Positions 1-6,562 of a stretch of 40,357 nucleotides of DNA are shown piece by piece (within the stretch, counting starts at the first letter, position 1; each line of letters starts with the position of its first letter). The DNA comes from a virus (Duplodnaviria > Caudoviricetes), in the IMG/VR virus record IMGVR_UViG_3300048850_000166, positions 1 through 40,357 of that record; one strand, written 5' to 3'. The notes under the pieces were generated by a model, which did not search any database, was not told where the DNA came from, and saw only the letters and a list, made by a program, of their open reading frames with translations. Made by a program: the position numbers and the translations under genes.

Positions 1-867
1 ATGGGCATCCAGAAGGGCAGGACCTTGGATGACGCGTTCCGACGCTATGAGAAGGAAGTTTCCGTACACAAGCGCGGACATCGCCAGGAGATCCTGCGAA
101 TGGGCGCCATCGGCCGCACGGTGATCGACGGTATAGCACTCCTGGATATGAAGTTGGTCGACATCACGCCGAACATACTTGGCAAGTGGCGCGACCATCG
201 ACTCAAGGTGGACAAGGTGCTGGGCTCGTCGGTCAACCGAGATCTCAACTTGCTCTCGCACGTGTTCGCTGCGGCCACCAAGGAATGGAAGTGGATTGCG
301 ATGTCGCCGACCACTGACGTTCGCCGACCAGCTGACCCACCGCCGCGCGATCGTCTGTATAGCGACGACGAGATTGAGCGGATCTGCCTTGCCCTAGGCT
401 TCGACCAGGCGCAGACAGAGCTGGCGACGACAGGCTACCAGCGGACCGCTGTAGCATTCCTATTCGCGATCGAGACCGCCATGCGTGCTGGTGAGATCTG
501 CGGGCTAACAGCGACAGATATCGTTGGCCGCACAGCGACACTACAGCAAACAAAGAATGGCTCCAAGCGGGCCGTGCCATTGTCCCGTCGCGCCTTGGAG
601 CTACTCGCCCTGCTGCCGGAAGTCCCAGCCGGCGAACGCATCTTCGCGATCACCGCTCCCTCGCTCGATGCACTGTTCCGCAAAGCTAAGCTGCGCGCCA
701 TGATCGAGGACGGCACTTTCCATGACACACGTCACCTTGCTATCACCCGGCTAGCAAAGAAGCTGAATGTGCTCGATCTGGCGCGCATGGTAGGTCACCG
801 CGACCTCCGTCAGCTACAGATTTACTATAACGAGTCCGCAGAAAACATGGCTGAGCGCCTTGGCTGA
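1..867 (+). CDS. int: Tyrosine recombinase / phage integrase (N-terminus probably truncated at window edge)
   Basis: Catalytic set in order: AMRAGE (R), TKNG (K), HDTRH (HxxR), GHRD (H), IYY (Y); lies 1.4 kb from a tRNA att core. Confidence 0.95.
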   Translation: MGIQKGRTLDDAFRRYEKEVSVHKRGHRQEILRMGAIGRTVIDGIALLDMKLVDITPNILGKWRDHRLKVDKVLGSSVNRDLNLLSHVFAAATKEWKWIAMSPTTDVRRPADPPPRDRLYSDDEIERICLALGFDQAQTELATTGYQRTAVAFLFAIETAMRAGEICGLTATDIVGRTATLQQTKNGSKRAVPLSRRALELLALLPEVPAGERIFAITAPSLDALFRKAKLRAMIEDGTFHDTRHLAITRLAKKLNVLDLARMVGHRDLRQLQIYYNESAENMAERLG

Positions 868-903
868 TCGTCTACTTAACTAATTCTCCTTCAATATAAG
901 TCT

Positions 904-1878
904 ATGAGCGACTACACAAATCAAATAATGCAGCAGGTGTCTCACTGGTTTGAATTAGCTGATAGACGATTTGATAGCTACGATCATCCCTTATGGCAAC
1001 GACCACTGAGCGCCGCACTTTACACTGCAAGTCATGGCCTTAAGCGCAATTACGACAAGAGCATTAAAAAGTATGAAGATCTGTTAATTGGTCATCTGCT
1101 AAATGCTGCGAAGATTTGGTATAAAAACCGTTATGGCGAAGAAAACCTTCAACCGCCCGACGGATCGATAACCGGAGTTGTTTTGTTCAAAAGAATTCCT
1201 ATCGGATTATCGATTCCGCTTATCTCAAGTCGGTTAACAGATGACGATCAATATCGGTGGGTTACATTTTTGACAGGAATGGCTGACGATGAAAACCCGA
1301 CTTCCTTTCTTCAAAGAGGCGTCCCTTTTGACTCTCTGAATCCAAAAGCCAGAAAATTATTCAACGCCGAAATTACATTCGTAGTCTCAGCGACAAGGAA
1401 GATATGCACTTCTGCTCGTATTGTGCACATTGAGGACGCTGAGAGGAGGGATATGTGCCACAGCGTTGTGGAAAGAATAAATATGGGTGCTTCTTTGATC
1501 AACCAGAATACTTCCCTAACTAGAGCAATGTCGATATGGGAGTTTTTTTTCGCTATTGAGATTTTGCTCAAGACTTACATATATCAAAAAGGCGAACAGC
1601 CAGAAAACATCCATTCGCTAGGTGACTTGACAAAAAAAGCTCGCTCTCTCGGACTAAAGGCTGCATTGAATAAAATTTCTGATCTCCCAAGTACTAGAAA
1701 CGCAATTCAACATCGTTATGCGCAGCGAGGCGCAACAACGGACGAAGCATTAAAGGTTTACGAGGCAGCGTTAAGCGTGGGAACAGAACTCATTTCCGAG
1801 ATTGAATTAGCCATTAGTGGTGAAAATTTTGGCTTGAAGCTGATAAATAAACCTGGCTGGCTATTCCCACCGGTTTAA
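904..1878 (+). CDS. AT-rich accessory protein with C-terminal HEPN-like domain
   Basis: AIEILLKTYI...HSLGDL pattern and Rx4H motif RNAIQH near the C-terminus; N-terminal ~190 aa unrecognised. Confidence 0.65.
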   Translation: MSDYTNQIMQQVSHWFELADRRFDSYDHPLWQRPLSAALYTASHGLKRNYDKSIKKYEDLLIGHLLNAAKIWYKNRYGEENLQPPDGSITGVVLFKRIPIGLSIPLISSRLTDDDQYRWVTFLTGMADDENPTSFLQRGVPFDSLNPKARKLFNAEITFVVSATRKICTSARIVHIEDAERRDMCHSVVERINMGASLINQNTSLTRAMSIWEFFFAIEILLKTYIYQKGEQPENIHSLGDLTKKARSLGLKAALNKISDLPSTRNAIQHRYAQRGATTDEALKVYEAALSVGTELISEIELAISGENFGLKLINKPGWLFPPV

Positions 1879-1955
1879 CTGTTAATGAATGGTCGCTTTC
1901 ACCTATAAGAAACTGAGCGCGTTCTCACAACCTACACCGAACGCTGCGCCTGCGC

Positions 1956-1983
1956 TTGAAACCTAGCAGAGCGTCACTATATT
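1956..1983 (+). promoter_or_regulatory. Putative sigma70 promoter for GhoS-like gene 1
   Basis: TTGAAA-16 nt-TATATT, followed by purine-rich GAAAGG and the ATG at 2011. Confidence 0.45.
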
Positions 1984-2010
1984 GCAGTTTCTCCAACTAG
2001 AAAGGCGGCT

Positions 2011-2292
2011 ATGGCTAAGTTTACTGTTCGTATCGAGTTGCGCGACGCTGAGCGTGAAGATTACTCAGTCTTGTACGAGGGCATAGCAGAGCAAGGTTTT
2101 ACCGACACCATCAGTAACTCTGAGGGAACAGCGTATAAGCTCCCAGATGCTGAGTACAACTATCAGGGGAACCTAACACGGGAAGAGGTATTGGCTAAGG
2201 CGCAAGTGGCTGCTAATGAAACCGGCTTGAAGTATTCGGTCTTGGTAACGGAGTCGGCTGGCCGAACTTGGCATAACTTGAGGCGTGCATGA
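2011..2292 (+). CDS. GhoS/DUF2622-like endoribonuclease family protein (copy 1)
   Basis: 93 aa with FTVRIEL..A..EDY..L......GF..TI....G..YKLP.AEY pattern recognised as the GhoS/DUF2622 family. Confidence 0.75.
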   Translation: MAKFTVRIELRDAEREDYSVLYEGIAEQGFTDTISNSEGTAYKLPDAEYNYQGNLTREEVLAKAQVAANETGLKYSVLVTESAGRTWHNLRRA

Positions 2293-2309
2293 CAAGCGGA
2301 AGATGGGCT

Positions 2310-2359
2310 CAGGATTGTGATTCCTGTTGTCGTGGGTTCGAGTCCCATCAGCCACCCCA
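2310..2359 (+). other. att core: 3' portion of tRNA-His(GUG), from anticodon arm to CCA
   Basis: CAGGA-TTGTGAT-TCCTG anticodon arm, GTGGGTTCGAGTCCCAT T arm, CAGCCACCCCA acceptor/CCA end; no 5' acceptor strand or D arm upstream. Confidence 0.9.
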
Positions 2360-2380
2360 CCGAATTCGCAGCAAGATCAA

Positions 2381-2412
2381 AGGGTTACACGCTTCAGGCT
2401 TGTAGCCTTTTT
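2381..2412 (+). terminator. Intrinsic terminator downstream of the tRNA fragment
   Basis: AGGGTTACA-loop-TGTAGCCTT followed by a T run. Confidence 0.75.
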
Positions 2413-2415
2413 CGT

Positions 2416-2459
2416 TTTTGGAAGATGGATTCCAAATTTTGGAAGATCATCTCTTCCAT
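2416..2459. repeat. TTTTGGAAGAT direct repeat with interleaved inverted TTCCAA motifs (candidate att arm sites)
   Basis: TTTTGGAAGAT at 2416-2426 and 2437-2447; palindrome TTCCAAA-T-TTTGGAA at 2430-2444. Confidence 0.5.
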
Positions 2460-2696
2460 AACCCAGCGTCGCACACCCCCTTCCCTCTTAGTCACTACGT
2501 TCACCTTCAAACGTTAGTTGGCATAACTACAAAAGAGCAACTTACGAGACCGCCTTGAGCTTGCATTCCAGCATGACGCAGTTATAACTATTTCCGATGT
2601 TAGTGCTCGCTCACCGTGCACTCCGCTACCGTCTGTTGGTACCGAAAAGTCAAGACACCGCGCGCCAAAAAACAGAAAAAATGATCGTTTATTAGC

Positions 2697-2726
2697 TTGC
2701 CTCAATCGCAAAGCAGACCATACAAT
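2697..2726 (+). promoter_or_regulatory. Putative sigma70 promoter for structured leader and GhoS-like gene 2
   Basis: TTGCCT-18 nt-TACAAT with upstream A-tracts (UP-element-like). Confidence 0.55.
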
Positions 2727-2746
2727 TAGTCCATATCTCGCGATAA

Positions 2747-2762
2747 GCACTAGATATAGTGT
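2747..2762. promoter_or_regulatory. NrdR-box-like 16-bp palindrome
   Basis: GCACTAGATATAGTGT fits the NrdR consensus acaCwAtATaTwGtgt. Confidence 0.45.
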
Positions 2763-2782
2763 TTTTTTGTTCGGGGAAAGGT

Positions 2783-2994
2783 GGGGGCAGAGTGGTCGGC
2801 AAACCACTCCGGCCCCCTAGAGAATTGACCCAGCCGCTGTGAGAGGCGGTTTAGCATGTTGCTAGAAAGGCAGGGATCAAATATGGCGAAAACCCATATG
2901 ATCAGAAGAGACCAGTGAGCTGAGCCGTCCTGAGACCAGTTGGTTTCAGGACTCCATTTTATTCTAATAATCTCGTTCAAGGTAACTACCTTGA
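2783..2994 (+). ncRNA. Candidate structured RNA / long 5' leader
   Basis: At least six stem-loops in 212 nt, no convincing ORF, promoter upstream. Confidence 0.5.
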
Positions 2995-3020
2995 TCAAAA
3001 TTGATGTATCGGAGTCAGCA

Positions 3021-3302
3021 ATGAATTCATATTCGATTCGCGTCGAACTTCACGACGCCACGTGGGCAGACTACGTGAACCTTGCTCAATTCCTCGGCAA
3101 CAACGGAATTGTGGACACGATCCTGGGTGACGACGGCATCCGTTACAAGATGTCTCCAGGAGAATACAATTACTTTGGGCCTAACACTTTTGATAAGGTA
3201 TACACTGCCGCAGTGACGTGCGCGGCCATGACTGGCAGGAAGCATGCGGTTACGATGGCCGCTGTGACTACCTGGCGATGGGTCGGACTCAAACCGGCCT
3301 GA
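3021..3302 (+). CDS. GhoS/DUF2622-like protein (copy 2)
   Basis: ATG 3021 with GGAG SD at 3011-3014; 93 aa; aligns without gaps to 2011..2292 (32/93 identical by hand count). Confidence 0.75.
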   Translation: MNSYSIRVELHDATWADYVNLAQFLGNNGIVDTILGDDGIRYKMSPGEYNYFGPNTFDKVYTAAVTCAAMTGRKHAVTMAAVTTWRWVGLKPA

Positions 3303-3340
3303 CAGCTAATCTCAGCCATTACGACCGTTAAGTAAGTGAT

Positions 3341-3372
3341 AGGGCTGCATGCTTCTGGCTGCAGCCCTTTTT
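3341..3372 (+). terminator. Intrinsic terminator after GhoS-like copy 2
   Basis: AGGGCTGCA-loop-TGCAGCCCT followed by TTTT. Confidence 0.8.
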
Positions 3373-3457
3373 ACAGGACCCATGATGCATGGGTACTTTC
3401 CCCTATGAGGCAGACGCCCTCATCGTGAAAGTTACGCCAAAAGCTACGCCTTTATCG

Positions 3458-3748
3458 TTAATTCCCGAAGCGCACCGACCACTCTTGGACGAAGGCTCGT
3501 CGCTGGTCGCCCTGCGGCCACTCCTCGCCTTTGAGGAGCATGCCAGGGCCATGCATAGTAGTGAGCTCTGCTCCATGAAGCAGAAGTAGCGGATCTGCGA
3601 CCTGACTGCCTGGCAGATCCAACTGAGCAATCCGCACGCCGGCCACCGTATGCACGACCAGCTCGCCTTCCACTGGGATTGCAGAGGCGATCTGCTGGTC
3701 GGACATCCGCCCGTTTCGATCTCGAAGTCGTTTCACTTTCGCATGCAT
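3458..3748 (-). CDS. Hypothetical protein (96 aa, MHAKVKRL...)
   Basis: Start reassigned to ATG 3748, which lies 6 nt after an extended -10 (TGC-TACACT); globular-looking sequence. Confidence 0.6.
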   Translation of the reverse strand: MHAKVKRLRDRNGRMSDQQIASAIPVEGELVVHTVAGVRIAQLDLPGSQVADPLLLLHGAELTTMHGPGMLLKGEEWPQGDQRRAFVQEWSVRFGN

Positions 3749-3812
3749 GGCCGGAGTGTAGCACTGTTGAGCAGCGTCACTGCCGGCTTGCTGCCGCTTG
3801 CGATGATCGGCC

Positions 3813-4031
3813 ATGGACAAACGAATCGACGTGCAGATGGCGATGCTGATCGAACGGGCCGTAAGGATGGCGATCGCTGAGGGCGCCTGCGCGCTGCATG
3901 AGCGCGGAGTACCCTTCGATCTCACTTGGCGGGTACTGCTACAGCCGGCGCGCCGCCGAGGGGCTCGCCCAGCATCCGCTCCATCATCGCTTCCACCGCG
4001 AGCAGGTGCTCCAGGCGATCAGGCCCGATGA
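3813..4031 (+). CDS. Hypothetical small protein
   Basis: Divergent from the 3748 gene; plausible helical N-terminal 50 aa; overlaps the convergent ORF 3922..4149. Confidence 0.4.
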   Translation: MDKRIDVQMAMLIERAVRMAIAEGACALHERGVPFDLTWRVLLQPARRRGARPASAPSSLPPRAGAPGDQAR

Positions 4032-4149
4032 ACTGCAGCGGCCCTTCGTCCTTGCGCTCCTGGTGGATCGTCATGAGGTGGCCGCCTCCGGTGGGCGTGA
4101 GCACGTGGATGTCGAAGGTGGCGCCTACTTCGCGTTCAGGGCGTGACAT
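3922..4149 (-). CDS. Hypothetical protein at end of lysis operon
   Basis: Start overlaps the Rz/Rz1 ends on the same strand; 75 aa. Confidence 0.5.
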   Translation of the reverse strand: MSRPEREVGATFDIHVLTPTGGGHLMTIHQERKDEGPLQFIGPDRLEHLLAVEAMMERMLGEPLGGAPAVAVPAK

Positions 4150-4628
4150 TGGTCGAACCGCTCTTCGAGGCGCTCGTATCGCCGCACGAGTCCAGCAACG
4201 CCCGCGGCGACGCCGAGAACATCAGCAGCAGCCTCTGGCACAAGGCTCGGTCCGCCGATGTCAGACGCAGGTTCAATGGCAGCGGGTCCAGTGTTGGGCG
4301 CGGCGGTGGCTGGTACTGGACCTGTGGGGCAGCGCAGGCTGTCAATGCCAGCGCGCATACGGCGCTGAGCAGCTTCGAGGGATGCAACATGTTCTTTCTC
4401 CTTCAGGAATGCGGCGTCGTCCCGCGCGCGGAGCTGGGCGCGCAGGTCGGACTCGGTTTGGCGGTAGATGGCGGCCTGGGCATCGCGAGCCTTAACGCCT
4501 TCGCCGACGGCGGCGGCATACCCGGCGTCGTACCGCGCGGCGCCGTAGTGGCGCATTACCAGCGAGCCGCCGAACGCAACCAGCACTAGAAGCAGTGCGC
4601 CAATCACAAGCCGGTCTAGCGCGCTCAA
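4125..4628 (-). CDS. Rz-like inner-membrane spanin
   Basis: TTG start overlapping the endolysin stop (TTGA); N-terminal TM LVIGALLLVLVAFGG, coiled coil, C-terminal Cys. Confidence 0.85.
   Translation of the reverse strand: MSALDRLVIGALLLVLVAFGGSLVMRHYGAARYDAGYAAAVGEGVKARDAQAAIYRQTESDLRAQLRARDDAAFLKEKEHVASLEAAQRRMRAGIDSLRCPTGPVPATAAPNTGPAAIEPASDIGGPSLVPEAAADVLGVAAGVAGLVRRYERLEERFDQCHALNAK
4136..4390 (-). CDS. Rz1-like outer-membrane lipoprotein spanin embedded in Rz
   Basis: Signal peptide with lipobox LTAC, Pro-rich segment, fully nested in another frame of Rz. Confidence 0.8.
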   Translation of the reverse strand: MLHPSKLLSAVCALALTACAAPQVQYQPPPRPTLDPLPLNLRLTSADRALCQRLLLMFSASPRALLDSCGDTSASKSGSTNVTP

Positions 4629-5089
4629 GCCGCCACCTTCGGCAGCACGTCGTACTGCCACATGTTCCGGCCGCGCATGACGGCGATCAGGTTCTCGGCG
4701 TACTTTGGGTCGGTTGCATATCCGGCCTTGGCTAGAGCGCGGGCCCAGGCTTCGCCGGTCACTTCTTTAAAGCAGGCGGCATAGCGCGGGTTCGCCTTGA
4801 AGAAGCTCGCGCGGTCGGCGATGGCGTCGTCGATGCTGGCGTAGGCGCGGAACTTGTCGACCACGTTCACGCGCTTGCCGGCGACATATTCATGCGTGGC
4901 GACGTCGACGGTCTTGCCCTTCCAGGCCCGGTCAGCCTTGATGCCGAACAGGTTGTTGCCGGGCGCGCGCGAGCCCCAGCCCGACTCGAGCGCGGCCTGG
5001 CCGATCGTGATCGATGCCGGAATACCGTGCTCGCGGTGCACGCGCTGGGCAGCAGGCAGCAGCAAGTTGATGAATGCGAGAGGGGGCAT
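4625..5089 (-). CDS. Endolysin, glycoside hydrolase family 73 (FlgJ-like glucosaminidase)
   Basis: QAALESGWG, NNLFGIKA, FRAY, GYATDPKYA motifs; ATG 5089 overlaps the holin stop. Confidence 0.92.
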   Translation of the reverse strand: MPPLAFINLLLPAAQRVHREHGIPASITIGQAALESGWGSRAPGNNLFGIKADRAWKGKTVDVATHEYVAGKRVNVVDKFRAYASIDDAIADRASFFKANPRYAACFKEVTGEAWARALAKAGYATDPKYAENLIAVMRGRNMWQYDVLPKVAA

Positions 5090-5469
5090 CAGATCATCTC
5101 CTTGACGTCGCGCACGATGTCGGCCAGGTCGGCGTCGCGGCGCTTGTTTGTGAACTTGAACAAGGCGCGCACGGCTGCCCAGGCGGGCAGCCCGCAAGCG
5201 AACATCAGTCCACCCTGAGCGATCAGCCCGAGCAGGTCGTGTGACCAACTCTCCACGCCCAAATACTTGATGAGGGCAGCACCGCCGCCTATCGAGCCAG
5301 CAAGGGTGCAGGCCAGCGCGACGCGCCATTCTCTCGTGTTTGTGGGCGTGGTCATCGCCATGACCACGAAGGCAGCAAGGCCAGCGCCGATCGCGCCCAT
5401 GCCGGCCAAGCCGCCGATGATCTTCCAGCCTGCTACACCGGCGGCCGTGCCGGAAATTGGTTCGCTCAT
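5089..5469 (-). CDS. Putative holin
   Basis: 126 aa, about three hydrophobic segments, charged C-terminus, directly upstream of the endolysin. Confidence 0.7.
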   Translation of the reverse strand: MSEPISGTAAGVAGWKIIGGLAGMGAIGAGLAAFVVMAMTTPTNTREWRVALACTLAGSIGGGAALIKYLGVESWSHDLLGLIAQGGLMFACGLPAWAAVRALFKFTNKRRDADLADIVRDVKEMI

Positions 5470-5538
5470 CAAGTTTTCTCTCATCGTCACCAGTGGCCCA
5501 GCGCATGGCCGGGAAGTTCACAGTGTCGCGAGAAAGTC

Positions 5539-5563
5539 GTCTCATTTCTCGGAAGAATGAGAC
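5539..5563 (-). promoter_or_regulatory. Late-promoter palindrome, copy 1 (lysis operon)
   Basis: GTCTCATTTCTCGGAAGAATGAGAC; near-identical copies at 19079 and 23283. Confidence 0.8.
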
Positions 5564-5569
5564 GGAATG

Positions 5570-6049
5570 CTATGCCGCCATAGCTGGCTCATCAGTGATT
5601 CCGATAGGCGCTTGGCTTAGTAACGTGAGCGCGCTGGCCAGCGTGCCAGGTGAATACCGCCAGGCGTCCGGAATGCCGAGCGCTGCGGCCACCGCCTCGG
5701 AGCAGAACCAGTGGCGCTGGCTGTGCGGGATCGGCGCCAGCACGAATTGAAGGTTGCCGACCAGGTCGTACGGCGCGCCGTCGTGGTCGCGGAACCACTG
5801 CCACGCGCGATCGGCCAGGACGTCCGGCAGCTCGATGAAGTCCCAGCGGGCCGGGTCGAAATCGATCACTTTGGTGCGCACGCCGCCGTCCATGTTGGAC
5901 GCCGATGCAGCCAGGCCGCCAGTCAGCCGCTCGCCGTCGTAGAAGACCAGCTCGACGTGCGAATACGGCGACTTCGTCCACCAACGCACGAGACGGTTGT
6001 AGATGCCGGCCAGGCCTGGGCGCGTACCTTTATAAAACGCCGCTTTCAT
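5570..6049 (-). CDS. Permuted papain-like (YaeF/YiiX, NlpC/P60 clan) protein
   Basis: His before Cys order: YSHVEL ... PYD ... WFCSE. Confidence 0.7.
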   Translation of the reverse strand: MKAAFYKGTRPGLAGIYNRLVRWWTKSPYSHVELVFYDGERLTGGLAASASNMDGGVRTKVIDFDPARWDFIELPDVLADRAWQWFRDHDGAPYDLVGNLQFVLAPIPHSQRHWFCSEAVAAALGIPDAWRYSPGTLASALTLLSQAPIGITDEPAMAA

Positions 6050-6552
6050 TACAACCCCGCTGCGGTGATGAAAAGTTGATCGAGCGCCTCTTCGTCGAGG
6101 CCCAGCGCCTGGCCCAGCATGGCCACCAGTGGGCGGCTACGCACCACGGCGCTGGAGAATTCCCATTCGATGCGGGCCGCGTCACGCTCTGCGCCGTCGA
6201 GCGCTTCGATTGCCGGGGCCACCTGGTCGAGCTTACCGATCGCCAGCAGCGCGAGGCGAGCTTGGCGCATGGTGACCTCGGCCGGCACCGGTGGCTTCAT
6301 CGCTGCGATCTCTTCGGACGTCGCCTCGCGGACGGTCCACAGCTGCGTCCACGCCTCGTCGATCAGTTCGACCGTCAGCGGTTCGGCCACCTGGCCAGGG
6401 TCGACGGATGGCTTTTCATAAACCAAGCAGAAGACACCCTGCTCCGCGAGATCGGCATCGGTGATGGAGGGGCCAAACAGCACCCATGGCATTGCTTGGC
6501 GGACGCCAGCGTGGTGGGTAAACGTCGTGCCAGTCGTCGGTTGGTAGTACAT
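6049..6552 (-). CDS. Tail-fibre-associated / assembly-type hypothetical protein
   Basis: VTMRQARLAL ... IEWE ... LGL....LDQLFITA C-terminal pattern common next to phage fibre genes; position. Confidence 0.6.
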   Translation of the reverse strand: MYYQPTTGTTFTHHAGVRQAMPWVLFGPSITDADLAEQGVFCLVYEKPSVDPGQVAEPLTVELIDEAWTQLWTVREATSEEIAAMKPPVPAEVTMRQARLALLAIGKLDQVAPAIEALDGAERDAARIEWEFSSAVVRSRPLVAMLGQALGLDEEALDQLFITAAGL

Positions 6553-6562
6553 GGTTTGCCTT

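Noticed and set aside
2285-2359. Intact tRNA-His gene
   Set aside because: The 5' acceptor strand and D arm are missing; the upstream sequence is the end of the GhoS-like gene
2514-2998. Minus-strand ORFs 2514..2807 and 2750..2998 as GhoT-like toxins
   Set aside because: Non-ATG starts without clear SD, no GhoT-like two-helix hydrophobic profile, and they lie antisense to the promoter and hairpin region
2011-3372. CRISPR array beside the Cas2-fold GhoS-like genes
   Set aside because: No regularly spaced repeat-spacer units seen; the hairpins all differ in sequence
4625-5545. 306-aa endolysin as called in the ORF track
   Set aside because: The N-terminal half is an alternative frame of the holin; the GH73 domain starts at the coupled ATG 5089
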